64,000 bases of DNA, from NCBI RefSeq assembly GCF_006345805.1, contig NC_042998.1, positions 65,472,001-65,536,000 on the forward strand, in the 5' to 3' direction. The notes beneath the pieces were generated by a model. It was not told the origin of the DNA. It did no database searches and saw only the letters and a list, made by a program, of their open reading frames with translations. This DNA comes from Octopus sinensis. Taxonomy: Eukaryota. Positions 1-14,947 of this stretch are shown here, in pieces. The translations under genes were made by a program, and so were the position numbers. Within the stretch, counting starts at the first letter, position 1. Each line of letters starts with the position of its first letter.

Positions 1-2665
1 TTCAAGTATTAATTTCAATCATTACAAAATTAATGCTTTTCTGAGAATATTTTCTTGATGTGTCTTGGGTTTTTTTTCAAGCAGTAATTCAAGGCTTGAA
101 TTACCAGTTTATTTAGATTGGTGAGCAGATACAGAAATAGTGTGTAATATAAATGACGTTACTTTTGTGGTTGCAAGTGTGTAATACAAACAGTGTTCCA
201 CAAAGGAACAACAAGTGGTTATGCGACGTTAAAACAAACAATCTACGGGTAAAAACAAAATAAAAGCAGTCAGGACGGTAAGCCTCCAAGCCAGAATACA
301 TAAGAGCTATGATCCATGGAAATAAAATCTGAAATTGTTGGGAGGGGTAAAACATAAGGGGAATAATAGAAACAAACAAACTGAAAGATCATTTAAGAGT
401 AATGTTTTTCTTTCATTGAGCTCCGTCTACTATACGTACATAATGGGTCCAACCTTTCACCTACGCATATATTCATCAGATGTATGGGTAGGTAGGAGGA
501 TAGATCCAAGCGTATTGGAAATGCTTAAGCCGAAACTAGATGGAAGTAAGGAAAGTTATGTCTGCACTTCAGAGGTACAGTTCAAAACAATTTGGCAAAA
601 TAAATATCTATGTCAAAAAGCTTTGGGTACATATGTGCGTGTATGTGTGTGCACGTTCGTGTGCGTGCGTGTATGTGTGTGTACGTATTTTATGGAGGTG
701 TGCGTATTATGACTGTTTTTTCAGCGTTGTTGCATTCAGAATTAAGATTTGCGAATAATGGCATTTATTCGTTCCCTCTTAATACCAGAAATAAGAAAAC
801 CTTACTTTTTAAACATATTTAATATTAATCATTATGAAGGTTACGAATGTTTCTCTTCCTTCCGATTGAAAATTAATGGGAAAACAATCCATCATTTTTA
901 CAGTCGTAAAGATTTATGCTATTGATTATATACATTTGTAAGTTTCACTGTGTTTTATCGTAGATTTCTAACATGATTACTAACGGGCTCTGAAAGTATA
1001 GTCGTACAATTCTGATGCTTTGCTAGGTTTGTCTAAATTTTATTCCCTAAAATAGAGATGTTATAATCTATTAAACAAACAGGCGCCCGATATTCGGAAA
1101 GTTGCGTAATGCCGAATTAAATATGTATAATGAAATGAACAAGCATTGGACCTATTTGAATTTATATAACATCTGCCAAACAATTGAAAAGACTTATGGA
1201 TGAAAAAGTGTTATTAATTTTTAAAGGAATACCTGTTAGGTGTGTTGAGAATATAAGAGGGATTGTCATTGGTGATCCTCATTTTTATTGTAGAAAAAAA
1301 ACTGCCGAGAAAAAATTCAACCAACTTGCTTATGGGTATTTCCAGTGTTATATGATCCACTGATTATATTTTGCATTAACGATTGTTCTACTTACATAAT
1401 AATTTCTTAATAAGGCACATACTTAAATACTTCTCTAATGTTTCTAATTGAATTTGTGATACCTACATTTGATAATTAGTTGCATATATATGGTATGAAT
1501 AATTAATCTGAAGCGAAATTTTTCATTCCGCAACAGCATTTTATGTGCCTATAGAGATTTTATGTGCCTATATAGATTTATATATCATGTCGCCTTTTGG
1601 CAACTTAATTGAATTTTTATAGGCTTTAGAAATTAGGTATAATATGAGTAAAAAATAAGGGGTGGGTTAAAATGGAATTCTTTGAGCTGATGCCCTATGC
1701 TCATTATTGCATAAGTATTTCTAATTAGATTCATTATCTCATTACATGATATATTTTAACACAAATACAATGCGCACCATTAAAATCATATTTGTAATTT
1801 AAATATACTTATGTTCTATTGAGAAGGAAGCCTCAATTTGAGGTAGTTTGCTTTCGTGTCGAATGACATAAAATATGCATTGAGAATTTACCAATGTTGT
1901 TCTTTGTTAAATTAGTGAATGTCGTGAACAAATTCATTACAAGTTTTGTTTTCGTCTTTGCATATTGATTTAAAATCCAACCAGACTCGCTTTACATCTC
2001 ACTATATCGAGATTAATACAATAATCACGAAGTATGTTATCGACATTTTTCGTGAGATTAACCGCATGTATGAATAATTAAAGCCGAACATATAATATGC
2101 TAGCAACTACGTTTCCATTTTAATGTGCAGTTAGTAAGGAATCGATTGGTATCATTAAATTATTTTGGAGAAATGTTGCCAAATTTCAATTATTTTTTCA
2201 CGAATTTCAAATTACCATGAGCTTGATGGTTTTCACTCACCGCTATCATATTGCTTAATGGCCTATGCTATAAATTTCAAATGACCTGAGAAGAATATTC
2301 ATCACTAAAAAGAGAAAGAATGTTTTACAGACATAATTGTTGAAACTATTATTGAAATCCATAATTAGCCTAGCATATTCAGATTAATATGAGACTTTAA
2401 TTGAAAAACCATGATTGGAACCAATGAATTAAGTAACCTTCTTTGACTTCCTATATCGATATTGTGCAGTGTATTAATACTACTGAGCATATAAATTCAG
2501 AAACAAAGGAGAAAATCTGCTCTGTACTAAGAAGTTTATGAGTATAGTTTCAAAACTTTCTTCCACATATTTTAATATAATGCATTCTAATATAACATAA
2601 TATAACAGAATATAATATAATATAATATAATATAATATAATATAATAAAATATAATATGATATGA

Positions 2666-2703
<38 letters not shown>

Positions 2704-2757
2704 GTGTATATTCCAGCATAATGGAATATAAACAATTTGTATATATGGATTATTTTA

Positions 2758-2940
2758 TACTTTTGCTCGTTTCAGTTATTTGACTGCGGCCATGTTGGAG
2801 CACCGCCTTTAGTGGAGCAGACTTATTCTTTGTAAGCCTAGTAGTTATTCTATTGGTCCTTTTGTTGAAACGCTAAGCTGCGGGGGCCATAAACACACCA
2901 ACATCGGTTGCCAAGCGTCCGTCGGATGACAAGTGCAGAC
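2758..2940 (-). mobile_element. SINE family A, 3' tail fragment
   Basis: Motif tcagtNatttgactgcggccatgNtggagcaccgcctttagt...aaacacaccaacatcggttg recurs at 33111-33441 and 58301-58693, and inverted at 27150-27580. Confidence 0.8.
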
Positions 2941-2959
2941 GTACTCATATATACATATA

Positions 2960-3000
<41 letters not shown>

Positions 3001-3029
3001 ATATATATGTGTGTGTATATGGTTAAACG

Positions 3030-3098
<69 letters not shown>

Positions 3099-3100
3099 AT

Positions 3101-4005
3101 TAATATCAGGGTAATAAAGATTTTAGAAATTTTAACTACCAGTGGCCTAGCGTATAGAAAAAATTTGTAAGTAGAATATATATTATTCATATAAAATACA
3201 GTGTACATTTAAACACATTAAGTGGTATCCATCATAGGATTCCCCAACGCTAGAAGGAATAGCTAAAGTCCAAGCCACTAATTAAGGTAAAATCTCGAAG
3301 TGAATGAAAAATAAATACATTTACCATCTAATTCCTGGACGTGCTTTCTGACTTTTTTTTGTAAATAAAATAAGATGCTAGGTGAAGTATTCGTCAACAG
3401 GTACGCCGAGATTAAACATTTAAGCATCAAGCCAATCCAGCATCTGCCTCTTGCTTATATATTTAAATTTTTCAAATCAACCGCGCAAGCGCAATTGTTT
3501 TTTCGGCAGCCAAAAAATGCCGAAATTTCTTCGAACAAATATCCCAGAAATCATTATACATAATTATTAGTATCAAGGTAATAAAGAATTTAGAAATTTT
3601 TATTACCAGCGGCCTAGCGTATGGAAAATTTAGTCAAAAGACTATATATTATTTATATAAAATACAGTGTACATTTGAGCACATTAAGAGGTATCCGTCA
3701 CAGGACTCCCTTACGCTACATGGAACAGCAAAATCCAAACAACTAATTAGGGATAAAATCTCAAAGGGAATGAATAATAATTAAAAATTAATATACTTTA
3801 TTTGCTAAAAATATTTCTTTGCTAAAAAAGCCAGAAACCATGGTACAGGAAATAGATGGTAACAAATTTTATTTTTCATTCTCTTCAAGATTTTATCCCT
3901 AATTAGTGGTTTGAACTTTAGCTGTTCCATCTAGCGTAAGGGAGTTCTATGATGGATACCTCTTAATGTACTTAAATGCACACTGTATTATATATATAAA
4001 TTTAT
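3101..4005. repeat. Three diverged copies of a ~230-bp repeat: two direct (3101-3330, 3568-3780) and one inverted (3851-4005)
   Basis: Shared blocks aaaatacagtgtacattt, attaag(t/a)ggtatcc and ctaatta(a/g)gg(g)(t/a)taaaatctc; reverse complement gattttatccctaattag...ggatacctcttaatg at 3889-3970. Confidence 0.8.
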
Positions 4006-4044
4006 ATACGTACACTCACACACACACAAACCCACACACATATG

Positions 4045-4104
<60 letters not shown>

Positions 4105-4659
4105 CGTGTGTGTGTGTATGTATGTACGTAGTATGTACGTATATATATACATATAGTTTCTTAAATGGAGCGATATGCATTCGTTTCTAAACGAAAAATA
4201 TTGGTAATGACATCTATGTTTCGTTTGCAGGCATCAACTTAAAATGATATTTCTGCAACCTTCTAAAACGACCATATATTTTACTCTAAAACAAGTTGTT
4301 GTGATCAAGGCCATTTACGTGCTAGGTAAAATAAACATCCAAAAAAAGAATGCTTTGTTTGTAGAACAATAAGTGTAATATTCGTGTGACTTTTCGACAG
4401 TTTATTTTCCTATGAGCATGAAGCAAAAGAAAAATGGTAGTTATATTAGATTACGTCTGTAGATTATTTTACGCGTGTCTTTTTTCAGCAATAGTCATCA
4501 TTATGTTTGGATAAATGTTCTATGAATTTTGCCTATAGCAACCCCGAAAGAGGAAAATGCTAAACATTTAGGAGAAACATAGTAATTTATTGTGTATTTC
4601 TCGTTTAAATTTAGATAAGGAAACCAAGGTGATTATCCTGTTTTATTTCAATGCATCAT

Positions 4660-5200
4660 ATGGGTTTCAAAACATGACACAAGGTCAACGGGGAGTCGGA
4701 TAAGTCTATTACATCAACACGAGTGCTCAACTGCTACATGTTTAATTGACATGTAGTCACCCACGGTGTCATTAGAACTTGAAAAGTATAGACGGACGTA
4801 ACACCAGTAAGTATTTCAATGCCTTAATTTAGCTTCCCGCTTTGGGCAAGGCTAGCAATTTTTAAATGGGTAGATGAGTCGATTAGACAGAGCCAGTGCT
4901 CTACTGGTTTTTATTGTTAGGACGCTACAAGTATTAGAGGCAAAGTCGGCTTCCGCTGCATATGAACTCAGACCGTAATGACGGAAGAAATGCCACGGTA
5001 ACGACATAAATGCATTACATAGGTTTCTAATTTTGTCTTAAAGCCAGAAATTTCGTGACAGGGTGTGAATCGATCACATTGACCCCTGTTTTATATATCT
5101 CGGACAGATGAAAGGCAAAGTTGATCTTGGTGGATTTTGAACCCAGAATGTAAAGGCCGAACGAAATGCCATTAAGCCTTTTGCCCGGTGCTAACGATTG
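4660..5200 (-). mobile_element. Three tandem degenerate copies of SINE family B body
   Basis: Repeated aggcaaagt(c/t)g...gaac(t/c)cagaNNgtaa blocks are the reverse complement of the SINE-B body at 24490-24880. Confidence 0.65.
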
Positions 5201-5908
5201 CATTGAACCATATTAAAAATCATATTAACGAGAAGCTCACAGAAAATTCAAATGGGAAATATATCAGATCGAGATATCTTGATCGCTTTATCTTATCGAT
5301 CTTATTCATGTCCTTCTACGAATATGGCTGATAAGAACTATTGAATTGTCGAAATTAACCACCGCATGTAGTTGTGAGCAAAAAAGTATTAAATGATTTG
5401 TAGTGAATAATAATTATCAGAGATGAAATTTATGCTTGAGATAAATTCCTAAGATTCAACCAAGGTTCATTAGAATAAAGGCTTGAATGGGTGAAGGGAA
5501 ATATTGAATGAAAAGTAATTAGTTTTGAAAAAAATAACGTAATGCGTTCAGAGCCACGATTAACTGGAATTAAAGAGTGGGGATAATATTTTAACATTAT
5601 GTAGAAAATAAAGTTATGTATTCATGAAGTATTGCTATAATACTTAATTATTGTATATAATATAATATAACTTTATCGATAACGATGGACAATGCAGTGA
5701 AGTTGGTGAATTACAAAAGAAATAGATGTGATTAGCTGGAAATTGAATAGCATAAATATTTCAGTGTCTGCGTGTAAGCTTTTGCGGGTGCATGAGTAGG
5801 TGTGCTGGTGTATATGTGTACACAAGTGAGTGTCTGTGAATGTGTATACCTATCTCTCTAGCTATCTATTTATCGATTTATCACTCTCTCCTTCTATATA
5901 TACATATA

Positions 5909-6104
5909 CTGTTGTGACTGGGGAGAGTCATTCTCTTTTGGTGAATTTCCACTCATTTCCTTTAATTTTTCAAATTTTCGTTGTGACTTGCAACCTTTTC
6001 AAAAGTTAAATTATAACACCAAAAAAGAATAAGTCCCCCCAGACAAAACAGAATATGCTTCAACACATTAACTCACATAAAGTATCTTTCAAAACAAATC
6101 CAAA

Positions 6105-6108
<4 letters not shown>
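5909..6108. repeat. Inverted pair of a dispersed repeat (gggagagtcattctctttt family)
   Basis: Plus copy 5909-6006 followed by a minus copy 6007-6108; same family at 21025-21290 and 48698-48830. Confidence 0.7.
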
Positions 6109-6143
<35 letters not shown>

Positions 6144-6146
<3 letters not shown>

Positions 6147-6764
6147 TATTATAAAAGGCAGATTTTATCTGCCTCCCTTTGGGAGTTATACAAATCTACA
6201 ATATAGGATTTCTTCAATTACAATTTACCTGGCATTTTTAAGAGTACAATGCATCGCGTCATGCCAGGTCCAGTTTTTAAAATTTAAACTCCAATTAAGC
6301 AAAATTTACAGAAAACTCACATTCTGGTGTGTGTGTCAAAAGTTTTTCTTAATGTGGTTTACACCACACGCAAACGCACACACACACAAAGGGAGCGAAT
6401 TGTTTCACTGACGCTATCACCCTTCTCCTCCTTTGTCTTTGCGAGTTGGCAGCTATTAAAGTGAAAACAGTGAATCCGACAGCGATTAAGAACACGAATT
6501 AGCACCTGAATGGAGTGAAAATTTAAAAAATATTTCTTTCGGTGATTTTTCTGAAGAAACTGCACCAAGCCACAGACTTTCCCAGAAGAGTAAAGGCTTA
6601 GACTATTTCTATTTACTTTTTAGAATGAGCCCATTTAAAATCATTACGGCAGAAAAGAAACGTTACGCTAAACGTAAACAAAACGAAAGAAACGATAGTT
6701 TGTAATTTCCCACAACCTTAAATGAAATTAAGGCCTACTTTGCCATAAATATTATTATGGGTAT
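6144..6764 (+). mobile_element. Helitron-like non-autonomous element, 5' part
   Basis: Starts A|TC (6143|6144) right after an (AT)n tract with TCTTATTATAAAAG; subterminal hairpins GGCAGAT-TTT-ATCTGCC (6157-6173), CTCCC-TTT-GGGAG, and a 9-bp inverted repeat acctggcat/atgccaggt. No Rep/helicase ORF. Confidence 0.55.
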
Positions 6765-9700
6765 CAGAAAGTTACCCAGAATAACAAATTCTATCGTAAA
6801 ATTTTGTTGTATACCCAATTGAATATTAGCTAATAACCCATTTTCTATTGCGATGTTTGAACAAAATTTTAATAATTTTACAGAAAGTTACCCAGAATAA
6901 CAAATTCTATCGTAAAATTTTATTGTATACCCAATTGAATATTAGCTAATAACCCATTTTCTATAGCGATGTTTGAACAAAATTTTAATAATTTACAGAA
7001 AGTTACCCAGAATAACAAATTCTATTGTAAAATTTTGTTGAATACCCAATTGAATATTAGCTAATAACCCATTTTCTATAGCGATGTTTGAACAAAATTT
7101 TAATAATTTTACTGAAAGTTACCCAGAATAACAAATTCTATCGTAAAATTTTGTTGTATACCCAATTGAATATTAGCTAATAACCCATATTCTATAGCGA
7201 TGTTTGAACAAAATTTTAATAATTTTACAGAGAGGTACCCAGAATAACAAATTCTATCGTAAAATTTTATTGTATACCCAATTGAATATTAGCTAATAAC
7301 CCATATTCTATAGCGATGTTTGAACAAAATTTTAGTAATTTTACAGAAAGTTACCCAGAATAACAAAATCTATTGCAAAATTTTGTTGTATACCCAATTG
7401 AATATTATGTAATAACCCATTTTCTATAGCGATGTTTGAACGAAATTTTAATAATTTTACAGAAAGTTACCCAGAATAACAAATTCTATCGTAAAATTTT
7501 GTTGTATACCCAATTGAATATTAGCTAATAACCCATTTTCTATAGCGATGTTTGAACAAAATTTTAATAATGTTACAGAAAGTTACCCAGAATAACAAAT
7601 ACTATCGTAAAATTTTGTTGTATACCCAATTGATAATTAGCTAATAACCCATTTTCTATAGCGATGTTTGAACAAAATTTTAATAATTTTACAGAAAGTT
7701 ACCCAGAATAACAAATTCTATCGTAAAATTTTGTTGTATACCCAATTGAATATTAGCTAATAACCCATTTTCTCTAGCGATGTTTGAACAAAATTTTACT
7801 AATTTTACAGAAAGTTACCCAGAATAACAAATTCTATCGTAATATGTTGTTGTATACCCAATTGAATATTAGCTAATAACCCATTTTCTATAGCGATGTT
7901 TGAACAAAATTTTAATAATTTTACAGAAAGTTACCCAGAATAACAAATTCTATCGTAAAATTTTGTTGTATACCCAATTGAATATTAGCTAATAACCCAT
8001 TTTCTATAGCGATGTTTGAACAAAATTTTAATAATTCTACAGAAAGTTACCCAGAATAACAAATTCTATTGTAAAATTTTGTTGTATACCCAATTGAATA
8101 TTAGCTAATAACCCATTTTCTATAGCGATGTTTGAACGAAATTTTAATAATTTTACAGAAAGTTACCCAGAATAACAAATTCTATCGTAAAAGTTTGTTG
8201 TATACCCAATTGAATATTAGCTAATAACCCATTTTCTATAGCGATGTTTGAACGAAATTTTAATAATTTTACAGAAAGTTACCCAGAATAACAAATTCTA
8301 TCGTAAAAGTTTGTTGTATACCCAATTGATAATTAGCTAATAACCCATTTTCTATAGCGATGTTTGAACAAAATTTTAATAATTTTACACAAAGTTATCC
8401 AGAATAACAAATTCTATTGTAAAATTTTGTTGTATACCCAATTGAATATTAGCGAATAACCCATTTTCTATAGCGATGTTTGAACAAAGTTTTAACAATT
8501 TTACAGAAAGTTACCCAGAATAACAAGTATTATTGTAAAATTTTGTTGTATACCCAATTGAATATTAGCTAATAACCCATTTTCTATAGCGATGTTTGAA
8601 CAAAATTTTAATAATTTACAGAAAGTTACCCAGAATAACAAATTCTATTGTAAAATTTTGTTGTATACCCAATTGAATATTAGCTAATAACCCATTTTCT
8701 ATAGCGATGTTTGAACAAAATTTTAATAATTTTACAGAAAGTTACCCAGAATAACAAATTCTATCGTAAAATTTTGTTGTATACCCAATTGAATATTAGC
8801 TAATAACCCATCTTCTATAGCGATGTTTGGACAAAATTTTAATAATTTTACAGAAAGTTACCCACAATAACAAATTATATCGTAAAATTTTGTTGTATAC
8901 CCAATTGAATATTAGCTAATAACCCATTTTCTCTAGCGATGTTTGAACAAAATTTTAATAATGTTACAGAAAGTTACCCAGAATAAGAATTCTATTATAA
9001 AATTTTGTTGTATACCCAATTGAATATTAGCTAATAACCCATTTTCTATAGCGATGTTTGAACAAAATTTTAATAATTTTACAGAAAGTTACCCAGAATA
9101 ACAAATTCAAATCTATCGTAACAGTTTGTTGTATACCCAATGAATATTAGCTAATAACCCATTTTCTATAGCGATGTTTGAACAAAATTTTAATAATTTT
9201 ACAGAAAGTTACCCAGAATAACAAATTCTATCGTAAAATTTTGTTGTATACCCAATTGAATATTAGCTAATAAACCATTTTCTATAGCGATGTTTGAACA
9301 AAATTATAATAATTTTACAGAAAGTTACCCAGAATAACAAGTTCTATTGTAAAATTTTGTTGTATACCCAATTGAATATTAGCTAATAACCCATTTTCTA
9401 TAGCGATGTTTGAACAACATTTTAATAATGTTACAGAAAGTTACCCAGAATAACAAATTCTATCGTAACAGTTTGTTGTATACCCAATTGAATATTAGCT
9501 AATAACCCATCTTCTATAGCGATGTTTGGACAAAATTTTAATAATTTTACAGAAAGTTACCCACAATAACAAATTATATCGTAAAATTTTGTTGTATACC
9601 CAATTGAATATTAGCTAATAACCCATTTTCTCTAGCGATGTTTGAACAAAATTTTAATAATGTTACAGAAAGTTACCCAGAATAAGAAATTCTATTATAA

Positions 9701-12700
9701 AATTTTGTTGTATACCCAATTGAATATTAGCTAATAACCCATTTTCTATAGCGATGTTTGAACAAAATTTTAATAATTTTACAGAAAGTTACCCAGAATA
9801 ACAAATTCTATCGTAACAGTTTGTTGTATACCCAATTGAATATTAGCTAATAACCCATTTTCTATAGCGATGTTTGAACAAAATTTTAATAATTTTACAG
9901 AAAGTTACCCAGAATAACAAATTCTATCGTAAAATTTTGTTGTATACCCAATTGAATATTAGCTAATAAACCATTTTCTATAGCGATGTTTGAACAAAAT
10001 TATAATAATTTTACAGAAAGTTACCCAGAATAACAAATTCTATTGTAAAATTTTGTTGTATACCCAATTGAATATTAGCTAATAACCATTTTCTATAGCG
10101 ATGTTTGAACAACATATTAATAATGTTACAGAAAGTTACCCAGAATAACAAATTCTATCGTAAAATTTTGTTGTATACCCAATTGAATATTAGCTAATAA
10201 CCCATTTTCTATAGCGATGTTTGAACAAAATTTTAATAATTTTACAGAAAGTTACCCAGAATAACAAATTCTATCGTAAAATTTTGTTGTATAACAAATT
10301 GAATATTAGCTAATAACCCATTTTCTATAGCGATGTTTGAACAAAATTTTAATAAATTTTACAGAAAGTTACACAGAATAACAATTTCTATCGTAAAATT
10401 TTGTTGTATACCCAATTGAATATTAGCTAATAACCCATTTTCTATAGCGATGTTTGAACAAAATTTTAATAATTTTACAGAAAGCTACCCAGAATAACAA
10501 TTTCTATTGTAAAATTTTGTTGTATACCCAATTGAATATTAGCTAATAACCCATTTTCTCTAGCGATGTTTGAACAAAGTTTTAATAATTTTACAGAAAG
10601 TTACCCAGAATAAAAAATTCTATCGTAAAATTTTGTTGTATACCCAATTGAATATTAGCTAATAACCCATTTTCTATTGCTATGTTTGAACAAAATTTTA
10701 ATAATTTTACAGAAAGTTACCCAGAATAACAAATTCTATCGTAAAATTTTGTTGTATACCCAATTGAATATTAGCTAATAACCCATTTTCTCTAGCGATG
10801 TTTGAACAAAATTTTAATAATTTTACAGAAAGTTATCCAGAATAACAAATTGTATTGTAAAATTTTGTTGTATACCCAATTGAATATTAGCTAATAACCC
10901 ATTTTCTATAGCGATGTTTGAACAAAATTTTAATAATTTTACAGAAAGTTACCCAGAATAACAAATTCTATTGTAAAATTTTGTTGTATACCCAATTGAA
11001 TATTAGCTAATAACCCATTTTCTATAGCGATGTTTGAACAAAATTTTAATAATTTTACAGAGAGTTACCCAGAATAACAAATTCTATTGTAAAATTTTGT
11101 TGTATACCCAATTGAATATTAGCTAATAACCTATTTTCTATAGCGATGTTTGAACAAAATTGTAATAGTCTTACAGAAAGTTACCCAGAATAACAAATTC
11201 TATCGTAAAATTTTGTTCTATACCCTATTGAATATTAGCTAATAACCTATTTTCTATAGCGATGTTTGAACAAAATTTTAATAATTTACAGAAAATTACC
11301 CAGAATAACAAATTCTATTGTAAAATTTTGTTGTATACCCAATTTAATATTAACTAATAACCCATTTTCTATAGCGAAGTTTGAACAAAATTTTAATAAT
11401 TTTACAGAAAGCTACCCAGAATAACAATTTCTATTGTAAAATTTTGTTGTATACCCAATTGAATATTAGCTAATAACCCATTTTCTCTAGCGATGTTTGA
11501 ACAAAATTTTAATAATTTTACAGAAAGTTACCCAGAATAAAAAATTGTATTGTAAAATTTTTTTGTATACCCAATTGAATATTAGCTAATAACCCATTTT
11601 CTATAGCGATGTTTGAACGAAATTTTAATAATTTTACAGAAAGTTACCCAGAATAACAAATTCTATCGTAAAATTTTGTTGTATACCCAATTGAATATTA
11701 GCTAATAGCCCCTTTCTATAGCGATTCTTGAACAAAATTTTAATAATTTTACAGAAAGCTACCCAGAATAACAATTTCTATTGTAAAATTTTGTTGTATA
11801 CCCAATTGAATATTAGCTAATAACCCATTTTCTCTAGCGATGTTTGAACAAAATTTTAATAATTTTACAGAAAGTTACCCAGAATAAAAAATTGTATTGT
11901 AAAATTTTTTTGTATACCCAATTGAATATTAGCTAATAACCCATTTTCTATAGCGATGTTTGAACGAAATTTTAATAATTTTACAGAAAGTTACCCAGAA
12001 TAACAAATTCTATCGTAAAATTTTGTTGTATACCCAATTGAATATTAGCTAATAGCCCACTTTCTATAGCGATTCTTGAACAAAATTTTAATAATTTTAC
12101 AGAAAGTTACCCAGAATAACAAATTCTATCGTAAAATTTTGTTGTATACCCAATTGAATATTAGCTAATAACCCATTTTCTATTGCTATGTTTGAACAAA
12201 ATTTTAATAATTTTACAGAAAGTTACCCAGAGTAACAAATTCTATCGTAAAATTTTGTTGTATACCCAATTGAATATTAGCTAATAACCCATTTTCTATA
12301 GCGATGTTTGAACAAAATTTTAATAATTTTACAGGAAGTTACCCAGAATAACAAATTCTATTGTAAAATTTTGTTGTATACCCAATTGAATATTAGCTAA
12401 TAACCCATCTTCTCTAGCGATGTTTGAACAACACTTTAATAATTTTACAGAAAGTTACCCAGAATAACAAATTCTATCGTAAAACTTTGTTGTATACCCA
12501 ATTGAATATTAGCTAATAACCCATTTTCTATAGCGATGTTTGAACAAAATTTTAATAATTTTACAAAATTTACCCAGAATAACAAATTCTATCGTAAAAT
12601 TTTGTTATATACCCTATTGAATATTAGCTAATAACCTATTTTCTATAGCGATGTTTGAACAAAATTTTAATAATTTACAGAAAGTTACCCAGAATAACAA

Positions 12701-14066
12701 ATTCTATTGTAAAATTTTGTTGTATACCCAATTTAATATTAGCTAATAACCCATTTCCTATAGCGATGTTTGAACAAAATTTTAATAATTTTACAGAAAG
12801 TTACCCAGAATAACAAATTCTATCGTAAAATTTTGTTGTATACCCAATTGAATATTAGCTAATAACCCATTTTCTCTAGCGATGTTTGAACAAAATTTTA
12901 ATAATTTTACAGAAAGTTACCCAGAATAACAAATTCTATTGTAAAATTTTGTTGTATACCCAATTGATTATTAGCTAATAACCCATTTTCTATAGCGATG
13001 TTTGAACAAAATTTTAATAATTTTACAGAAAGTTATCCAGAAAAACAAATTGTATTGTAAAATTTTGTTGTATACCCAATTGAATATTAGCTAATAACCC
13101 ATTTTCTATAGCGATGTTTGAACGAAATTTTAATAATTTTACAGGAAGTTACCCAGAATAACGAATTCTATTGTAAAATTTTGTTGTATACCCAATTGAA
13201 TATTAGCTAATAACCCATTTTCTATAGCGATGTTTGAACAACACTTTAATAATTTTACAGAAAGTTACCCAGAATAACAAATTCTATCGTAAATCTTTGT
13301 TGTATACCCAATTTAATATTAGCTAATAACCCATTTTCTATAGCGATGTTTGAACAAAATTTTAATAATTTTACAGTAATTTACCCAGAATAACAAATTC
13401 TATCGTAAAATTTTGTTCTATACCCTATTGAATATTAGCTAATAACCTATTTTCTATAGCGATGTTTGAACAAAATGTTAATGATTTACAGAAAGTTACC
13501 CAGAATAACAAATTCTATTGTAAAATTTTGTTGTATACCCAATTGAATATTAGCTAATAACCCATTTTCTATAGCGATGTTTGAACAAAATTTTAATAAT
13601 TTTACAGAAAGTTACCCAGAATAACAAATTCTATCGTAAAATTTTGTTGTATACCCAATTGAATATTAGCTAATAACCCATTTTCTATAGCGATGTTTGA
13701 ACAAAATTTTAATAATTTTACAGAAAGTTACCCAGAATAACAAATTCTTTTGTAAAATTTTGTTGTATACCCAATTGAATATTAGCTAATAACCCATTTT
13801 CTCTAGCGATGTTTGAACAAAATTTTAATAATTTTACAGACAGTTACCCAAAATAACAATTCTATCGTAAAATTTTGTTGTATACCCAATTGAATATTAG
13901 CTAATAACCCATTTTCTCTAGCGATGTTTGAACAAAATTTTAATAATTTTACAGAAAGTTACCCAGAATAACAAATTCTATCGTAAAATTTTGTTGTATA
14001 CCCAATTGAATATTAGCTAATAACCCATTTTCTATAGCGATTTTTGAACAAAATTTTAATAATTTT

Positions 14067-14320
14067 ATATATTGTTGAATTTACCTGTATCTACTTGCAA
14101 TTAGAGTCACTTTGTGACAAAAATTATAGTATAGCATTGTTTGAGGACATTTCATTAAATTATCCTCCAAAAATCACATTAATATATTGATAAATAAAAA
14201 AGTTATAGTTGTTTAATGAAACCAGACTAAATTTATGATTACGTTAGAAATTAATTGAAACACATAAGGGGTGTATTTTGGTCAGAAATATAGTAACGAA
14301 AGGATTAAGAAAAACCAAAA
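14067..14320. repeat. ~255-bp non-satellite block, copy 1 (duplicate of the array 3' flank)
   Basis: attgttgaatttacctgtatctac...ggattaagaaaaaccaaaa nearly identical to 14948-15200 and 17455-17710. Confidence 0.95.
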
Positions 14321-14947
14321 AAATTTTGTTGTATACCCAATTGAATATTAGCTAATAACCCATTTTCTATAGCGATGTTTGAACGAAATTTTAATAATTT
14401 TACAGAAATTTTGTTGTATACCCATTGAATATTAGCTAATAACCCATTTTCTCTAGCGATGTTTGAACAAAATTTTAATAAATTTACAGAAAGTTACCAG
14501 AATAACAAATTCTATCGTAACATTTTGTTGTATACCCAATTGAATATTAGCTAATAACCCATTTTCTATAGCGATGTTTGAACAAATTTTAATAATTTTA
14601 CAGAAAGTTACCCAGAATAACAAATTCTTTTGTAAAATTTTGTTGTATACCCAATTGAATATTAGCTAATAACCCATTTTCTCTAGCGATGTTTGAACAA
14701 AATTTTAATAATTTTACAGACAGTTACCCAAAATAACAAATTCTATCGTAAAATTTTGTTGTATACCCAATTGAATATTAGCTAATAACCCATTTTCTCT
14801 AGCGATGTTTGAACAAAATTTTAATAATTTTACAGAAAGTTACCCAGAATAACAAATTCTATCGTAAAATTTTGTTGTATACCCAATTGAATATTAGCTA
14901 ATAACCCATTTTCTATAGCGATTTTTGAACAAAATTTTAATAATTTT

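Noticed and set aside
436-490. Hammerhead on the minus strand (CTGATGA...GAAA, stem I tacat/atgta)
   Set aside because: Stems II and III do not pair.
335-822. ORFs 335-712, 540-758 and 610-822 as genes
   Set aside because: No recognisable domain, they run into TG repeats, and there is no convincing splice structure.
1839-1847. let-7-like TGAGGTAGT
   Set aside because: Only 9 nt match and there is no precursor hairpin.
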